From Clostridia bacterium (lineage in GTDB: Bacteria > Bacillota > Clostridia > UBA1212 > DUPL01), in NCBI GenBank assembly GCA_050951325.1, contig JBMNIW010000008.1:62103-94102 (forward strand): DNA of 32,000 nucleotides. Reading direction: 5' to 3'. The position numbers were made by a program, and so were the translations under genes. The notes under the pieces were generated by a model. The model ran no database searches and had not been told where the DNA came from. It saw only the letters and a program-made list of their open reading frames with translations. Positions 20,834 to 29,842 of the stretch are shown piece by piece. How positions within the stretch are numbered: the first letter of the stretch is position 1; each line of letters starts with the position of its first letter.

Positions 20834-23666
20834 GCTTAATACTCTTCTTGTTTTACACTACTCTCAAACGTACACATCCAGTGACGGAGCAACAGCAAGC
20901 TTAATACTCTTCTTGTTTTACACTACTCTCAAACGATGCGATACCAGGTGCAGACATATGTCATAAATCAATGCTTAATACTCTTCTTGTTTTACACTAC
21001 TCTCAAACGTGGCGACCATCCCGTACATTATGCATAAATCACATGCTTAATACTCTTCTTGTTTTACACTACTCTCAAACGCGTATCCTTATTTGGTTTG
21101 AATCACACCAGCTTAATACTCTTCTTGTTTTACACTACTCTCAAACTACTCTTATATGCCTTGCCTTCCCGACCTTGCTTAATACTCTTCTTGTTTTACA
21201 CTACTCTCAAACCCTTGGTCTTTCTTCTTTGAACATAATATCAGCTTAATACTCTTCTTGTTTTACACTACTCTCAAACTGATCGTACCTCTGCCATTAA
21301 TAGTTATGCTTAATACTCTTCTTGTTTTACACTACTCTCAAACATGTCAGGCGCAATGCTTAATACTCTTCTTGTTTTACACTACTCTCAAACATGCAGG
21401 CATAGTATTCGCTTAATACTCTTCTTGTTTTACACTACTCTCAAACACCAGTCTGAGACTCACAGTCAGCTCTCGGCTTAATACTCTTCTTGTTTTACAC
21501 TACTCTCAAACAAGGCACAGCGAGCATGCACAAGGCGAGAAGTTAAGCTTAATACTCTTCTTGTTTTACACTACTCTCAAACGACTGTTCCATCTGTGGT
21601 ATTTCAGAGTAACTGCTTAATACTCTTCTTGTTTTACACTACTCTCAAACATATGCACAGTGGAGCATAGCAAGTATGCGCTTAATACTCTTCTTGTTTT
21701 ACACTACTCTCAAACAGTCAAGCAATAATGAGAGGTATATATCGCTTAATACTCTTCTTGTTTTACACTACTCTCAAACACTAGCCAATACTCCCGACCA
21801 ATCTCTGCTTAATACTCTTCTTGTTTTACACTACTCTCAAACGACAGATAGAGGATTAGTACCATAGCTTAATACTCTTCTTGTTTTACACTACTCTCAA
21901 ACATTCCTGGGTACAATGACCGTCTTGCTGTCGCTTAATACTCTTCTTGTTTTACACTACTCTCAAACCTAGTATAAGTTATTGCAGCAATAGCTTAATA
22001 CTCTTCTTGTTTTACACTACTCTCAAACAAGCAGATTGTCATACTCGAGCATATGCTTAATACTCTTCTTGTTTTACACTACTCTCAAACATTGAGGCTT
22101 GTCGATCATCACAGTAGCATTGCTTAATACTCTTCTTGTTTTACACTACTCTCAAACATATTGGAGGCACAGCGCACAGAATTAAGGGCTTAATACTCTT
22201 CTTGTTTTACACTACTCTCAAACACGCCATAGAGCTATGCGCTACAAAGGGCTTAATACTCTTCTTGTTTTACACTACTCTCAAACTGCTTACTGTTAAC
22301 AATAAAACAAAACGCTTAATACTCTTCTTGTTTTACACTACTCTCAAACGCTTAACGTCTACCTCCAGCAGTCCATTATGCTTAATACTCTTCTTGTTTT
22401 ACACTACTCTCAAACACTGAATGGTGAAGCGGAGAAAATCGAGGCTTAATACTCTTCTTGTTTTACACTACTCTCAAACAAGTGCGATCGCATACGAAGG
22501 CATATCGCTTAATACTCTTCTTGTTTTACACTACTCTCAAACGAATCAGGCTCTTATGTGCCCTGGTAGTGCTTAATACTCTTCTTGTTTTACACTACTC
22601 TCAAACCCGTCGCCGGTAACTTGAAGCCAGCTTCAGCTTAATACTCTTCTTGTTTTACACTACTCTCAAACACCGCCTTCGAATAGAGACAGCGATGCTT
22701 AATACTCTTCTTGTTTTACACTACTCTCAAACCATGCTGTGAACTCATCAACAAGCGCTTAATACTCTTCTTGTTTTACACTACTCTCAAACCACTTGCT
22801 ATCAAACACATGTACTTGCTTAATACTCTTCTTGTTTTACACTACTCTCAAACTAGCTGACAGGAATTGCAACAGAAGCAGGCTTAATACTCTTCTTGTT
22901 TTACACTACTCTCAAACGCACTGATGCAGGCTATACTCCGAAATTAATAGTACTGCGCTTAATACTCTTCTTGTTTTACACTACTCTCAAACGACTATCA
23001 GGCTATATTGAACATTAACTGATACGGCGCTTAATACTCTTCTTGTTTTACACTACTCTCAAACATCATCGTAAGCATTACGCCCTGCATAGCTTAATAC
23101 TCTTCTTGTTTTACACTACTCTCAAACTGAGATGGTCATATTCCGCATATGTAAACAGCTTAATACTCTTCTTGTTTTACACTACTCTCAAACCGCGAAC
23201 GCAGGCACTATCAAACGACATTGAGCGCTTAATACTCTTCTTGTTTTACACTACTCTCAAACCGGTAATATTACAGAGACCATTACAGCATTCGCTTAAT
23301 ACTCTTCTTGTTTTACACTACTCTCAAACGGTGGCGGGGGCTTCGTTGAACAACAAGGATGCTTAATACTCTTCTTGTTTTACACTACTCTCAAACAGGT
23401 TTGTATCCGTTAGCTTGAGCGTAACCGCTTAATACTCTTCTTGTTTTACACTACTCTCAAACTCAAAAACTGGAGGGTTGAAGACCTGTCATGCTTAATA
23501 CTCTTCTTGTTTTACACTACTCTCAAACTTAATATTGCTTGATATGTTTCTCTTAGCCATGCTTAATACTCTTCTTGTTTTACACTACTCTCAAACCTCA
23601 AGGCGTGTACTACTAAACCGGAGATGTGCTGCTTAATACTCTTCTTGTTTTACACTACTCTCAAAC
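20834..23666 (-). CRISPR. Type II-A CRISPR array: 44 identical 36-nt repeats, 43 spacers (14-39 nt)
   Basis: The crRNA-sense repeat (minus strand) is GTTTGAGAGTAGTGTAAAACAAGAAGAGTATTAAGC. Repeat starts on the plus strand run 20834, 20899, 20973 ... 23561, 23631. Orientation is set by the tracrRNA anti-repeat, the GTTTnAGAG 5' end, and the leader next to csn2. Confidence 0.97.
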
Positions 23667-23738
23667 CCTCAAATTTCGATATGTAGGTAGTGTGCATTGT
23701 CATTGTATACAATATGTAGAAATTGTCAAACTGGATAT
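23667..23738 (-). promoter_or_regulatory. CRISPR leader with candidate promoter and ATTTGAG leader-end motif
   Basis: On the minus strand, TTGACA (23729..23724)-N16-TACAAT (23707..23702). The leader ends ...CGAAATTTGAGG immediately before repeat 44. Confidence 0.6.
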
Positions 23739-24407
23739 TTATATCCTGCACAAACTTTCATCCACAATATGCAACACTTCATATTCAAGCTTTTCTCTAC
23801 AGGTACTTTCTACTAGCATAATGTTTATTTTCTTATAAAACACATGCTTGTACAACTCCTTAAGCTCGTTCTTGTTTAGGAAACTCTTCAAGTTAACGAA
23901 TATAAAACACTTAATAGCACAAATCTCTGACATAATACTAAGGTAATCTATTATACACCCAAGCAACTCTTGATTGTCAGTGCAGACTTTTACGTCAGAT
24001 AACTTAAGTAATGCAAGAATATCATTTTGGTTCTTATACATTATCGGATAATCAATGTCTTCAATAATTGTCTCAATAAATCCAGATATGGAGCCAAGCA
24101 ATTCAGTCATAGCCAAATAATATTGATCTAACGCAAGCTCATTCATGTTCTCATAAATCTTATTAAGTATCCTTTTGTTATTCACATCCAGACCAAAAAC
24201 ATCAAGTATAAGATCAACGGCTTTAGAAAAATTCAGTTTTTTGAAATCCTCTGAAATAATCGCTTCACCATCTTCCCCTGAAAGTTGGCAAAGTATATCC
24301 TGCAAAACGCTTCGTAAAAACTTTGCATTTTCAATAACAAGTACATTTACTCTATTTTCTTCAAACTCAAACGGTTCATCCCAAAAGGGGTGAGTAAATC
24401 TAATCAT
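23739..24407 (-). CDS. csn2: Csn2 (type II-A adaptation protein)
   Basis: 222 aa, positioned directly after cas2 (4-nt overlap) and before the leader. The N-terminus [30 protein letters not shown] matches the recalled short-Csn2 pattern. Confidence 0.85.
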   Translation of the reverse strand: MIRFTHPFWDEPFEFEENRVNVLVIENAKFLRSVLQDILCQLSGEDGEAIISEDFKKLNFSKAVDLILDVFGLDVNNKRILNKIYENMNELALDQYYLAMTELLGSISGFIETIIEDIDYPIMYKNQNDILALLKLSDVKVCTDNQELLGCIIDYLSIMSEICAIKCFIFVNLKSFLNKNELKELYKHVFYKKINIMLVESTCREKLEYEVLHIVDESLCRI

Positions 24408-24724
24408 AAGACAACCAACCTTTCATCACTATCCACAAAATCGGTTTTCTTTTCTCCTACAACAAACTCCATTTTCGAAAACTGCTTTTCTGTTATTGTT
24501 AAGAGCTGAACTATACCTTCTTTAGGTTTATTGCGTTTAACTTTTCCAACGATTGAATTTGCAACAGTTGTGTTTAATGCTAACTTACAATAAACAGACT
24601 CCTGTAACATTAAAAATCCGCTTTTTACTAGAAATGTTCTAAACTTTCTATACTCTCGTTTTTCGGAAGTTGTAACAGATGGTAAGTCAAAGAACACAAG
24701 TACTCTCATGTATCTATAACTCAT
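24404..24724 (-). CDS. cas2: Cas2
   Basis: The start at 24724 gives [32 protein letters not shown]..., the same N-terminus as recalled S. pyogenes Cas2 (MSYRYMRMILMFDMP...). The track ORF start at 24778 is an upstream extension inside cas1. Confidence 0.9.
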   Translation of the reverse strand: MSYRYMRVLVFFDLPSVTTSEKREYRKFRTFLVKSGFLMLQESVYCKLALNTTVANSIVGKVKRNKPKEGIVQLLTITEKQFSKMEFVVGEKKTDFVDSDERLVVL

Positions 24725-25589
24725 ATCGGTAATGCCTGATATGAGAAATGTCGTTTTCATTAAGTGCATTAAATACACTTTTACAGTAAATCGTTATGGC
24801 ATTATTCACAAAATGCCTCTTACCATCTATTACAACTTCCTTGTTTAGAACATCGACCAATTCTTGCTTGTCTTTTTTTGTAAACTCTTTTAAGTCCATC
24901 CAGTAAACCTCCCTGTCAACTAGTATTCTATATGGTTCCATCAAGTCTGATGCCAGGTTAAAACTATTAAACATGCTATCGTGAAATATTCCGATTTGAG
25001 TGAGATAGCCATTTGCTGTGATTTCCCTATTAAAAGCAGAAAGAAGAATTGTGTAACCATAGTTCAATGCAGCATTAATATTGTTTTCTTCTGTTCTGGT
25101 GAAATTATGTCCAAACAACGCATTAAAATAAACTTTAGCGGCAAATCCTTCTCTATTGGTCGCATCATCAAATTCCAGTTCATTCAAGTATGATTCCAAA
25201 AGTTCTGCTTCAGTTTTTCGAGACAACTCTCTTAAAAAACACATTTGGTTATAGATTTTTTCTCTCACTACTTCCGTCCACACAAATTTTTTAGTATTAC
25301 AATCCCAATTTATCTGATTCTTTATTTTTGCGGAACAATCGTGGGAACCGTAATATGAAATTAATTCTGATTGTGGATTTCTTTTTTCATCACAAAAGAT
25401 AACTTTTATTTTCCTTTTTATTAATTCAGACAACAGGTATGCCGTTAAAGACACACCTGTATTCTCAATTATCAATGTAGAAATCTCGTTTAGGTATATT
25501 TTGGATGTTTCCTCTCTTCGAATTATCAAATAATTCATTTTGTAATCCAGTTTAGCTCTGCTGGAGATAATTACTGTTCGCCAACTCAT
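24714..25589 (-). CDS. cas1: Cas1 (type II)
   Basis: 291 aa, [24 protein letters not shown]..., with [11 protein letters not shown] and GIFHD motifs. It overlaps cas9 by 4 nt and cas2 by 11 nt. Confidence 0.92.
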   Translation of the reverse strand: MSWRTVIISSRAKLDYKMNYLIIRREETSKIYLNEISTLIIENTGVSLTAYLLSELIKRKIKVIFCDEKRNPQSELISYYGSHDCSAKIKNQINWDCNTKKFVWTEVVREKIYNQMCFLRELSRKTEAELLESYLNELEFDDATNREGFAAKVYFNALFGHNFTRTEENNINAALNYGYTILLSAFNREITANGYLTQIGIFHDSMFNSFNLASDLMEPYRILVDREVYWMDLKEFTKKDKQELVDVLNKEVVIDGKRHFVNNAITIYCKSVFNALNENDISHIRHYRYEL

Positions 25590-28500
25590 TTCAGCAAGTT
25601 CACCTTCTTTTGAAATAAGCCGGTTACAGACTGGTTGATGATATACGCAGTGCTAAACTCAGAAATTTTATTTGGCATCAAAAATATAACAGTATTCTTA
25701 CTTCCTCCAATCAACTCAAGATTTGATTTTACTACACTACACTTGAACAGACTCAAAATCTGTCCCAATGCTTTACATTGAGCCTCAAGTGTCAAATCCA
25801 CAAATAGCTGTCTTCCTTCTTTTAGTTTTTCAAAAGGAACTCGGTACATATACTTTTGATTGTACATGTCATTACCCGTTATACTAGCAAGCCTATCATA
25901 TAGTTTCACATTTTCATCCGCAGTAATATGATCATATGGCGTTATTCTTATATCCCTTTTTGCCTCACTCGCTTTTTTCAAAAAATTATATATTTTCTTC
26001 ACATATTCTTCCTCTTCCGGCTTCAAAGTTAGTTGTACCCCGTTTTTATAGGTTAATCTGTTCCCTGTCCGCCCAGAAAGATGCAAATAGTATCCATTAA
26101 TACAAAACAACGTATTTACCTTAATTTTAGGTATGATTATTCGAGGATTAATCAACCCTTGGTCAATCAAATATGCAGTCATCTTGCCTTTATCTGACTC
26201 CAATTGCTTTTTCAATACTAGAGGAACATACTCAATCGAACGAACTCTTTTGTTCTCCTTGCCATGCTCTACAAGCACATAATATGCCCCCGTTAGCTTG
26301 TTGTATCCACCATATTGGGCTATTTTATCAGTGTTCTTGCTAAGTCTAAAATCTCCTCCTTTCAACGGGAATTGCCCACTACCTTTCTTTACAGGCTGAG
26401 AGTCAAAATATTCACCTTTGCTTTCATAAGAATGCCTCGTAAATTGTATATTATTTGTGTTGTATGTATCATGTACCGTTTTGATAGTTCCTTCTGGTCC
26501 TGCTTTCCACGCACAATATTCATTTCGTATAACATCATAGTCATACAAAGTATTAAATGAATAATTCCTCTTAGACTTTTTTACAAAGTTTATTGGATCA
26601 TGCGTAAACTTCACATTATACACATTGCCAACAACTATATTAAGATACGCATCTTTAGCATGATGAAAATCGTTAAGCTCACGTACTTTATAAAAATAAT
26701 ACTTGTTTTTCTCATCCTTATTAAATATATTTCTGAAATCATTTACCAACATAGCCTTTGTGTAAACAACTTCAGTAGACTTTCCAAAAATACTTTTTAA
26801 AATGTTAGCAACGGCTTTAGTAGATTGTCTTACTTCGACAAGCTGCCTTGCAATAAACCCTGCCAACTCTTCGTCGGTCAATTCCGTTTTTCTAATCAAT
26901 CTTTCATATTTATTCTTCCCCATAAACCCTTTATCATACAGCATCTTCCAGTATGTTTTATTTTTCTTCTGCCATTCGTGATCGATTGGGTACTTGTCAC
27001 CTTTTATTGCGTTATATACTTTTTTGACGAGAACTCTGTTTGCTAAACTGTCATCCTTAATATATCGCTGAGGGTAAATATGATCAATGTCATATGTATC
27101 AGTAAATAGCTCATCAATAGGAATTGGCTCACCGGAATACATGCACCTGCCCATCTGGATATAATAAAGAAATAGTTTATCCTGTCGCAGCCTATTATCA
27201 TCATATCCTTCAAGTTCTGCTATCCAATCCCTTGAATCATTCTCGATTGCCTTATATAATTCTAAAAGCTGCTCTTTTCTTGATTTTGTCCTAACTTTTT
27301 CCCCTGGCTCACGAGCAACCTCAATAAAGACTTTTTTCGGATCACTTTTCATAATTTTTCGTATTTCATCAACAATTAATAAAGCCTGCCAAATGCCTCG
27401 TTTAATTTTAGGGGATACATATAACTCCTCCACCAAAGCATAATCAATTCTCCCACTAAAATCTGGAAGTTCTTCTCTATTTATCCTAATAACCTCTTTA
27501 TAGAAATCATATTTTTTGCTTAACAGTTCGTTAAGGTTGTTGTTTGTATTTCTCAAACCAGAAATAATATTAAAATATTCTCCTGTTTCCTTGTCTACAG
27601 AGTATATTTCCGTAAGAAACTCCCTTGATAGTCTTCCCCAACCAGAATACTTTGTTGATAATGTCATTATTCTATCTATTTCATTATCACTCAGTTTATC
27701 TTTATATGTTTTTGTTATTTTTGCTCTCAAAATCTTCTTGTCTTGACCAAACAAAACAATCCATCGAATAATATTTTCAATCATTTCTGTATCATTTACC
27801 TGGTCCCCCAACAACCTAGAAAAATCAATGTAGGACGTCAAAGATACATTGAAGTCACCATCTATCCCGGTGATAACCGCATCCTTTTCTATTACGCCTT
27901 CAATTTCTAAAAACTCTCTTAATCTCTTTAGGGTTACCTTATAGTATTTTTTGAAAAGTCTGTCTATTATTCTGTATTTAAGTTCAACAGATATTTTTTC
28001 TCCATTAATCCTCAAATTGTTAAGTTGGTTCAATACCATAAACTCACTATATAGCATCGAATGTTTTGGTATTACGTTCTTGCTTTCTAAATATGTACAT
28101 TTACTAGTCATTCTCGAAATAAACTTCTCTGCGCTTGCCTCAATATCAACCACACTATCAAAATTCCAGGGAGTAATTCGTTCTCTAGATTTTTTTACCA
28201 CCCAGCAATTACCACCATATCCATCATTTACTTTGTGTGCATCATTAATTGGACCAACATAATAAGGTATTCTGAAGGTCATTATTTTTATAATCTTCTC
28301 TTTATTAGTGAATCCAGTCTCGTCCTTGAAATTTAAAAAATCGAGATACTTGGATGCATTCTCTAATATTCTCTCCAACTCTTCCAAGTGTAGCTGATAT
28401 GGCAAGATAGTGTTATCTTTAATCTTTTGCTTTGGCAAAAATGTCTGGGTCTCAATTTCAGTGAGGATATAATCAACATCTTTGTCTTCAAGATTTTTCC

Positions 28501-29659
28501 TTTTATTTAATATTCCTTTTATGTATTTATAGAATTCTTCTCTTGTACACTTTTTTAGCACAGGAATCTTTCTCTTGTTTTTCATGCACAAATCCACATA
28601 AGAACAGTAATTTCCATGAATGTTTGGAGCATTGAATATTTCATCATATTTTTCGGGATAATGTTTTTTAATTACTTTTTTCAATAGTTTCAAATCAGTC
28701 TTATGTTTCTCATAATCAGCAACTTTAGCTTCTGATAAATACGTATACTTTTTCTTCAAATCAGACAGCATTGACCAGTCATACAACTGCTTTGCCGCTA
28801 TGATTAAGTCTGCTTTATTATCTAATATCATTGTAAGATTATCCAAATCCTCTTCTGTAAAGTTGTCGGTAATCTTTAGCTTATTCATATTGCTTTCCAC
28901 AAGAGAATCATCATCATACAGTACAGACAAGGTAACTGTACCACCAGCAAGCAAGTTCACAATTTCCTTACCCGTTGCATTCTGAGAAGGCAATAATTCC
29001 GAAAGTTGCTTTTTCTTATCGTTTACTGATAGCCTCTTACTGCTCATTATCTCAGACAGCGCATCCAGATCCTTGCATTCAATATCGATATCAAGAGCTT
29101 CTTTGACTTTCTCTACAAACATATCAAAAGGAACAGAAAACGAATCAAACGAATTAATAGTAGTACCTTCAAATAAAAAATGGCCCCTTTTCTTGATAAT
29201 ATGATGTAATGCCAGATACACTAGACGTACATCAAACCTCTTTCCATCTTCCAGTAATGCCTTCCTGAGATGATATATTGTTGGATACAGTTTATGAAAG
29301 TCCTTGTCCTTAAAATCACTATCATTAAATAATGTATTGGTTTGCTGTTCATGCTTGTCCTCTATGTAATACTTGCTGTCTTCCAATCTTTGAAAAAAAC
29401 CAGAATCCACATTGTAAATCTTTTCTGCAAAAATATCCTGAAGAAGGTTGATTCTTTGTCTTCTCCTCTTAAGTCTTCTCCTGCCTGCCCTGGCAGTCCT
29501 TCTTACTTCTGCAGTATTACCGCTGTCAAACAAGCGCACACCCCACATTGACTTTCCGTTAAAGCGCAAGATATTATAATTCAGATCTGTAACAGCCCAA
29601 CCTACCGAATCAGTGCCAATATCAAGTCCTAAAAAGTAATCACCAAAATTTTTTTCCAT
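25586..29659 (-). CDS. cas9: Cas9 (type II-A, 1357 aa), catalytic motifs intact
   Basis: RuvC-I GLDIGTDSVGWAV, an Arg-rich bridge helix RRTARAGRRRLKRRRQR, HNH YDIDHIYPQ...NRVLV, and RuvC-III NDFHHAKDAYLN. GGGAG lies 8 nt upstream of the ATG. Confidence 0.97.
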   Translation of the reverse strand: MEKNFGDYFLGLDIGTDSVGWAVTDLNYNILRFNGKSMWGVRLFDSGNTAEVRRTARAGRRRLKRRRQRINLLQDIFAEKIYNVDSGFFQRLEDSKYYIEDKHEQQTNTLFNDSDFKDKDFHKLYPTIYHLRKALLEDGKRFDVRLVYLALHHIIKKRGHFLFEGTTINSFDSFSVPFDMFVEKVKEALDIDIECKDLDALSEIMSSKRLSVNDKKKQLSELLPSQNATGKEIVNLLAGGTVTLSVLYDDDSLVESNMNKLKITDNFTEEDLDNLTMILDNKADLIIAAKQLYDWSMLSDLKKKYTYLSEAKVADYEKHKTDLKLLKKVIKKHYPEKYDEIFNAPNIHGNYCSYVDLCMKNKRKIPVLKKCTREEFYKYIKGILNKRKNLEDKDVDYILTEIETQTFLPKQKIKDNTILPYQLHLEELERILENASKYLDFLNFKDETGFTNKEKIIKIMTFRIPYYVGPINDAHKVNDGYGGNCWVVKKSRERITPWNFDSVVDIEASAEKFISRMTSKCTYLESKNVIPKHSMLYSEFMVLNQLNNLRINGEKISVELKYRIIDRLFKKYYKVTLKRLREFLEIEGVIEKDAVITGIDGDFNVSLTSYIDFSRLLGDQVNDTEMIENIIRWIVLFGQDKKILRAKITKTYKDKLSDNEIDRIMTLSTKYSGWGRLSREFLTEIYSVDKETGEYFNIISGLRNTNNNLNELLSKKYDFYKEVIRINREELPDFSGRIDYALVEELYVSPKIKRGIWQALLIVDEIRKIMKSDPKKVFIEVAREPGEKVRTKSRKEQLLELYKAIENDSRDWIAELEGYDDNRLRQDKLFLYYIQMGRCMYSGEPIPIDELFTDTYDIDHIYPQRYIKDDSLANRVLVKKVYNAIKGDKYPIDHEWQKKNKTYWKMLYDKGFMGKNKYERLIRKTELTDEELAGFIARQLVEVRQSTKAVANILKSIFGKSTEVVYTKAMLVNDFRNIFNKDEKNKYYFYKVRELNDFHHAKDAYLNIVVGNVYNVKFTHDPINFVKKSKRNYSFNTLYDYDVIRNEYCAWKAGPEGTIKTVHDTYNTNNIQFTRHSYESKGEYFDSQPVKKGSGQFPLKGGDFRLSKNTDKIAQYGGYNKLTGAYYVLVEHGKENKRVRSIEYVPLVLKKQLESDKGKMTAYLIDQGLINPRIIIPKIKVNTLFCINGYYLHLSGRTGNRLTYKNGVQLTLKPEEEEYVKKIYNFLKKASEAKRDIRITPYDHITADENVKLYDRLASITGNDMYNQKYMYRVPFEKLKEGRQLFVDLTLEAQCKALGQILSLFKCSVVKSNLELIGGSKNTVIFLMPNKISEFSTAYIINQSVTGLFQKKVNLLK

Positions 29660-29660
29660 G

Positions 29661-29689
29661 TTGACAACTCCCTTTTTATATGCTATTAT
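29661..29689 (+). promoter_or_regulatory. tracrRNA promoter TTGACA-N17-TATTAT
   Basis: The -35 (29661..29666) begins 2 nt beyond the cas9 start codon on the opposite strand. The cas9 RBS (complement of 29668..29672) lies in the promoter spacer. The -10 lies at 29684..29689. Confidence 0.65.
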
Positions 29690-29694
29690 GTAGA

Positions 29695-29785
29695 TACACT
29701 ACAAGTTCAAATAACAATTAATTGTAAACGTCTTAATGACTCCACAGATGTGTGGGAGAAAAACTTGCCTCGTGCAAGTTTTTTC
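29695..29785 (+). ncRNA. tracrRNA: tracrRNA
   Basis: The anti-repeat TACACTAC-AAG-TTCAAAT (29695..29712) pairs with the crRNA repeat 5' end GTTTGAGA-GTAGTGTA. It has the same bulge geometry as S. pyogenes (CAGCATAGC-AAGT-TAAAAT). An AACAATTAATTGT nexus-like hairpin, a CTCCACA/TGTGGGAG hairpin (29740..29758) and a terminator ACTTGC-ctcgt-GCAAGT + T6 (29763..29784) follow. The 5' end is uncertain. Confidence 0.82.
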
Positions 29786-29813
29786 TTTTATAAATCTTCA
29801 TAAGCTTGAAATT

Positions 29814-29842
29814 ATTATAACAGTCCTTTCCAGTTTGTGCAA
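29814..29842 (-). promoter_or_regulatory. Candidate minus-strand promoter TTGCAC-N17-TATAAT upstream of tracrRNA/cas9
   Basis: The -35 is the complement of 29837..29842 and the -10 is the complement of 29814..29819. It points toward cas9 through the tracrRNA gene. Confidence 0.5.

Noticed and set aside
21512-22187. Shared 9-mer GGCACAGCG between spacers 11 and 21, and shared 8-mers ATCAGGCT (spacers 27 and 34) and ATGCAGGC (spacers 9 and 33)
   Set aside because: With about 900 spacer pairs, one or more shared 8-9-mers is roughly what chance predicts. Only the extended colinear similarities (spacers 2/3, 33/34, 8/9) were kept.
20834-23666. Repeat-internal promoter as in Neisseria type II-C (TATTAA near the 3' end of the crRNA-sense repeat)
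   Set aside because: There is no TG extended -10 and no -35-like element at the right spacing inside the repeat. The similarity to a -10 box is only 4/6.
20971-23838. ORF-track entries 20971..21249, 21676..21867, 22136..22420, 23043..23366 and 23626..23838, with repeating LNTLLVLHYSQT / LILFLFYTTLK peptides
   Set aside because: They are translations of the CRISPR repeat in different frames, not genes.
29732-29743. tracrRNA segment CTTAATGACTC resembles the other end of the repeat (plus strand GCTTAATACTC)
   Set aside because: It lies 3' of the main anti-repeat, so it cannot extend a continuous antiparallel duplex with the crRNA repeat. It is probably chance or part of the tracrRNA's own hairpin context.
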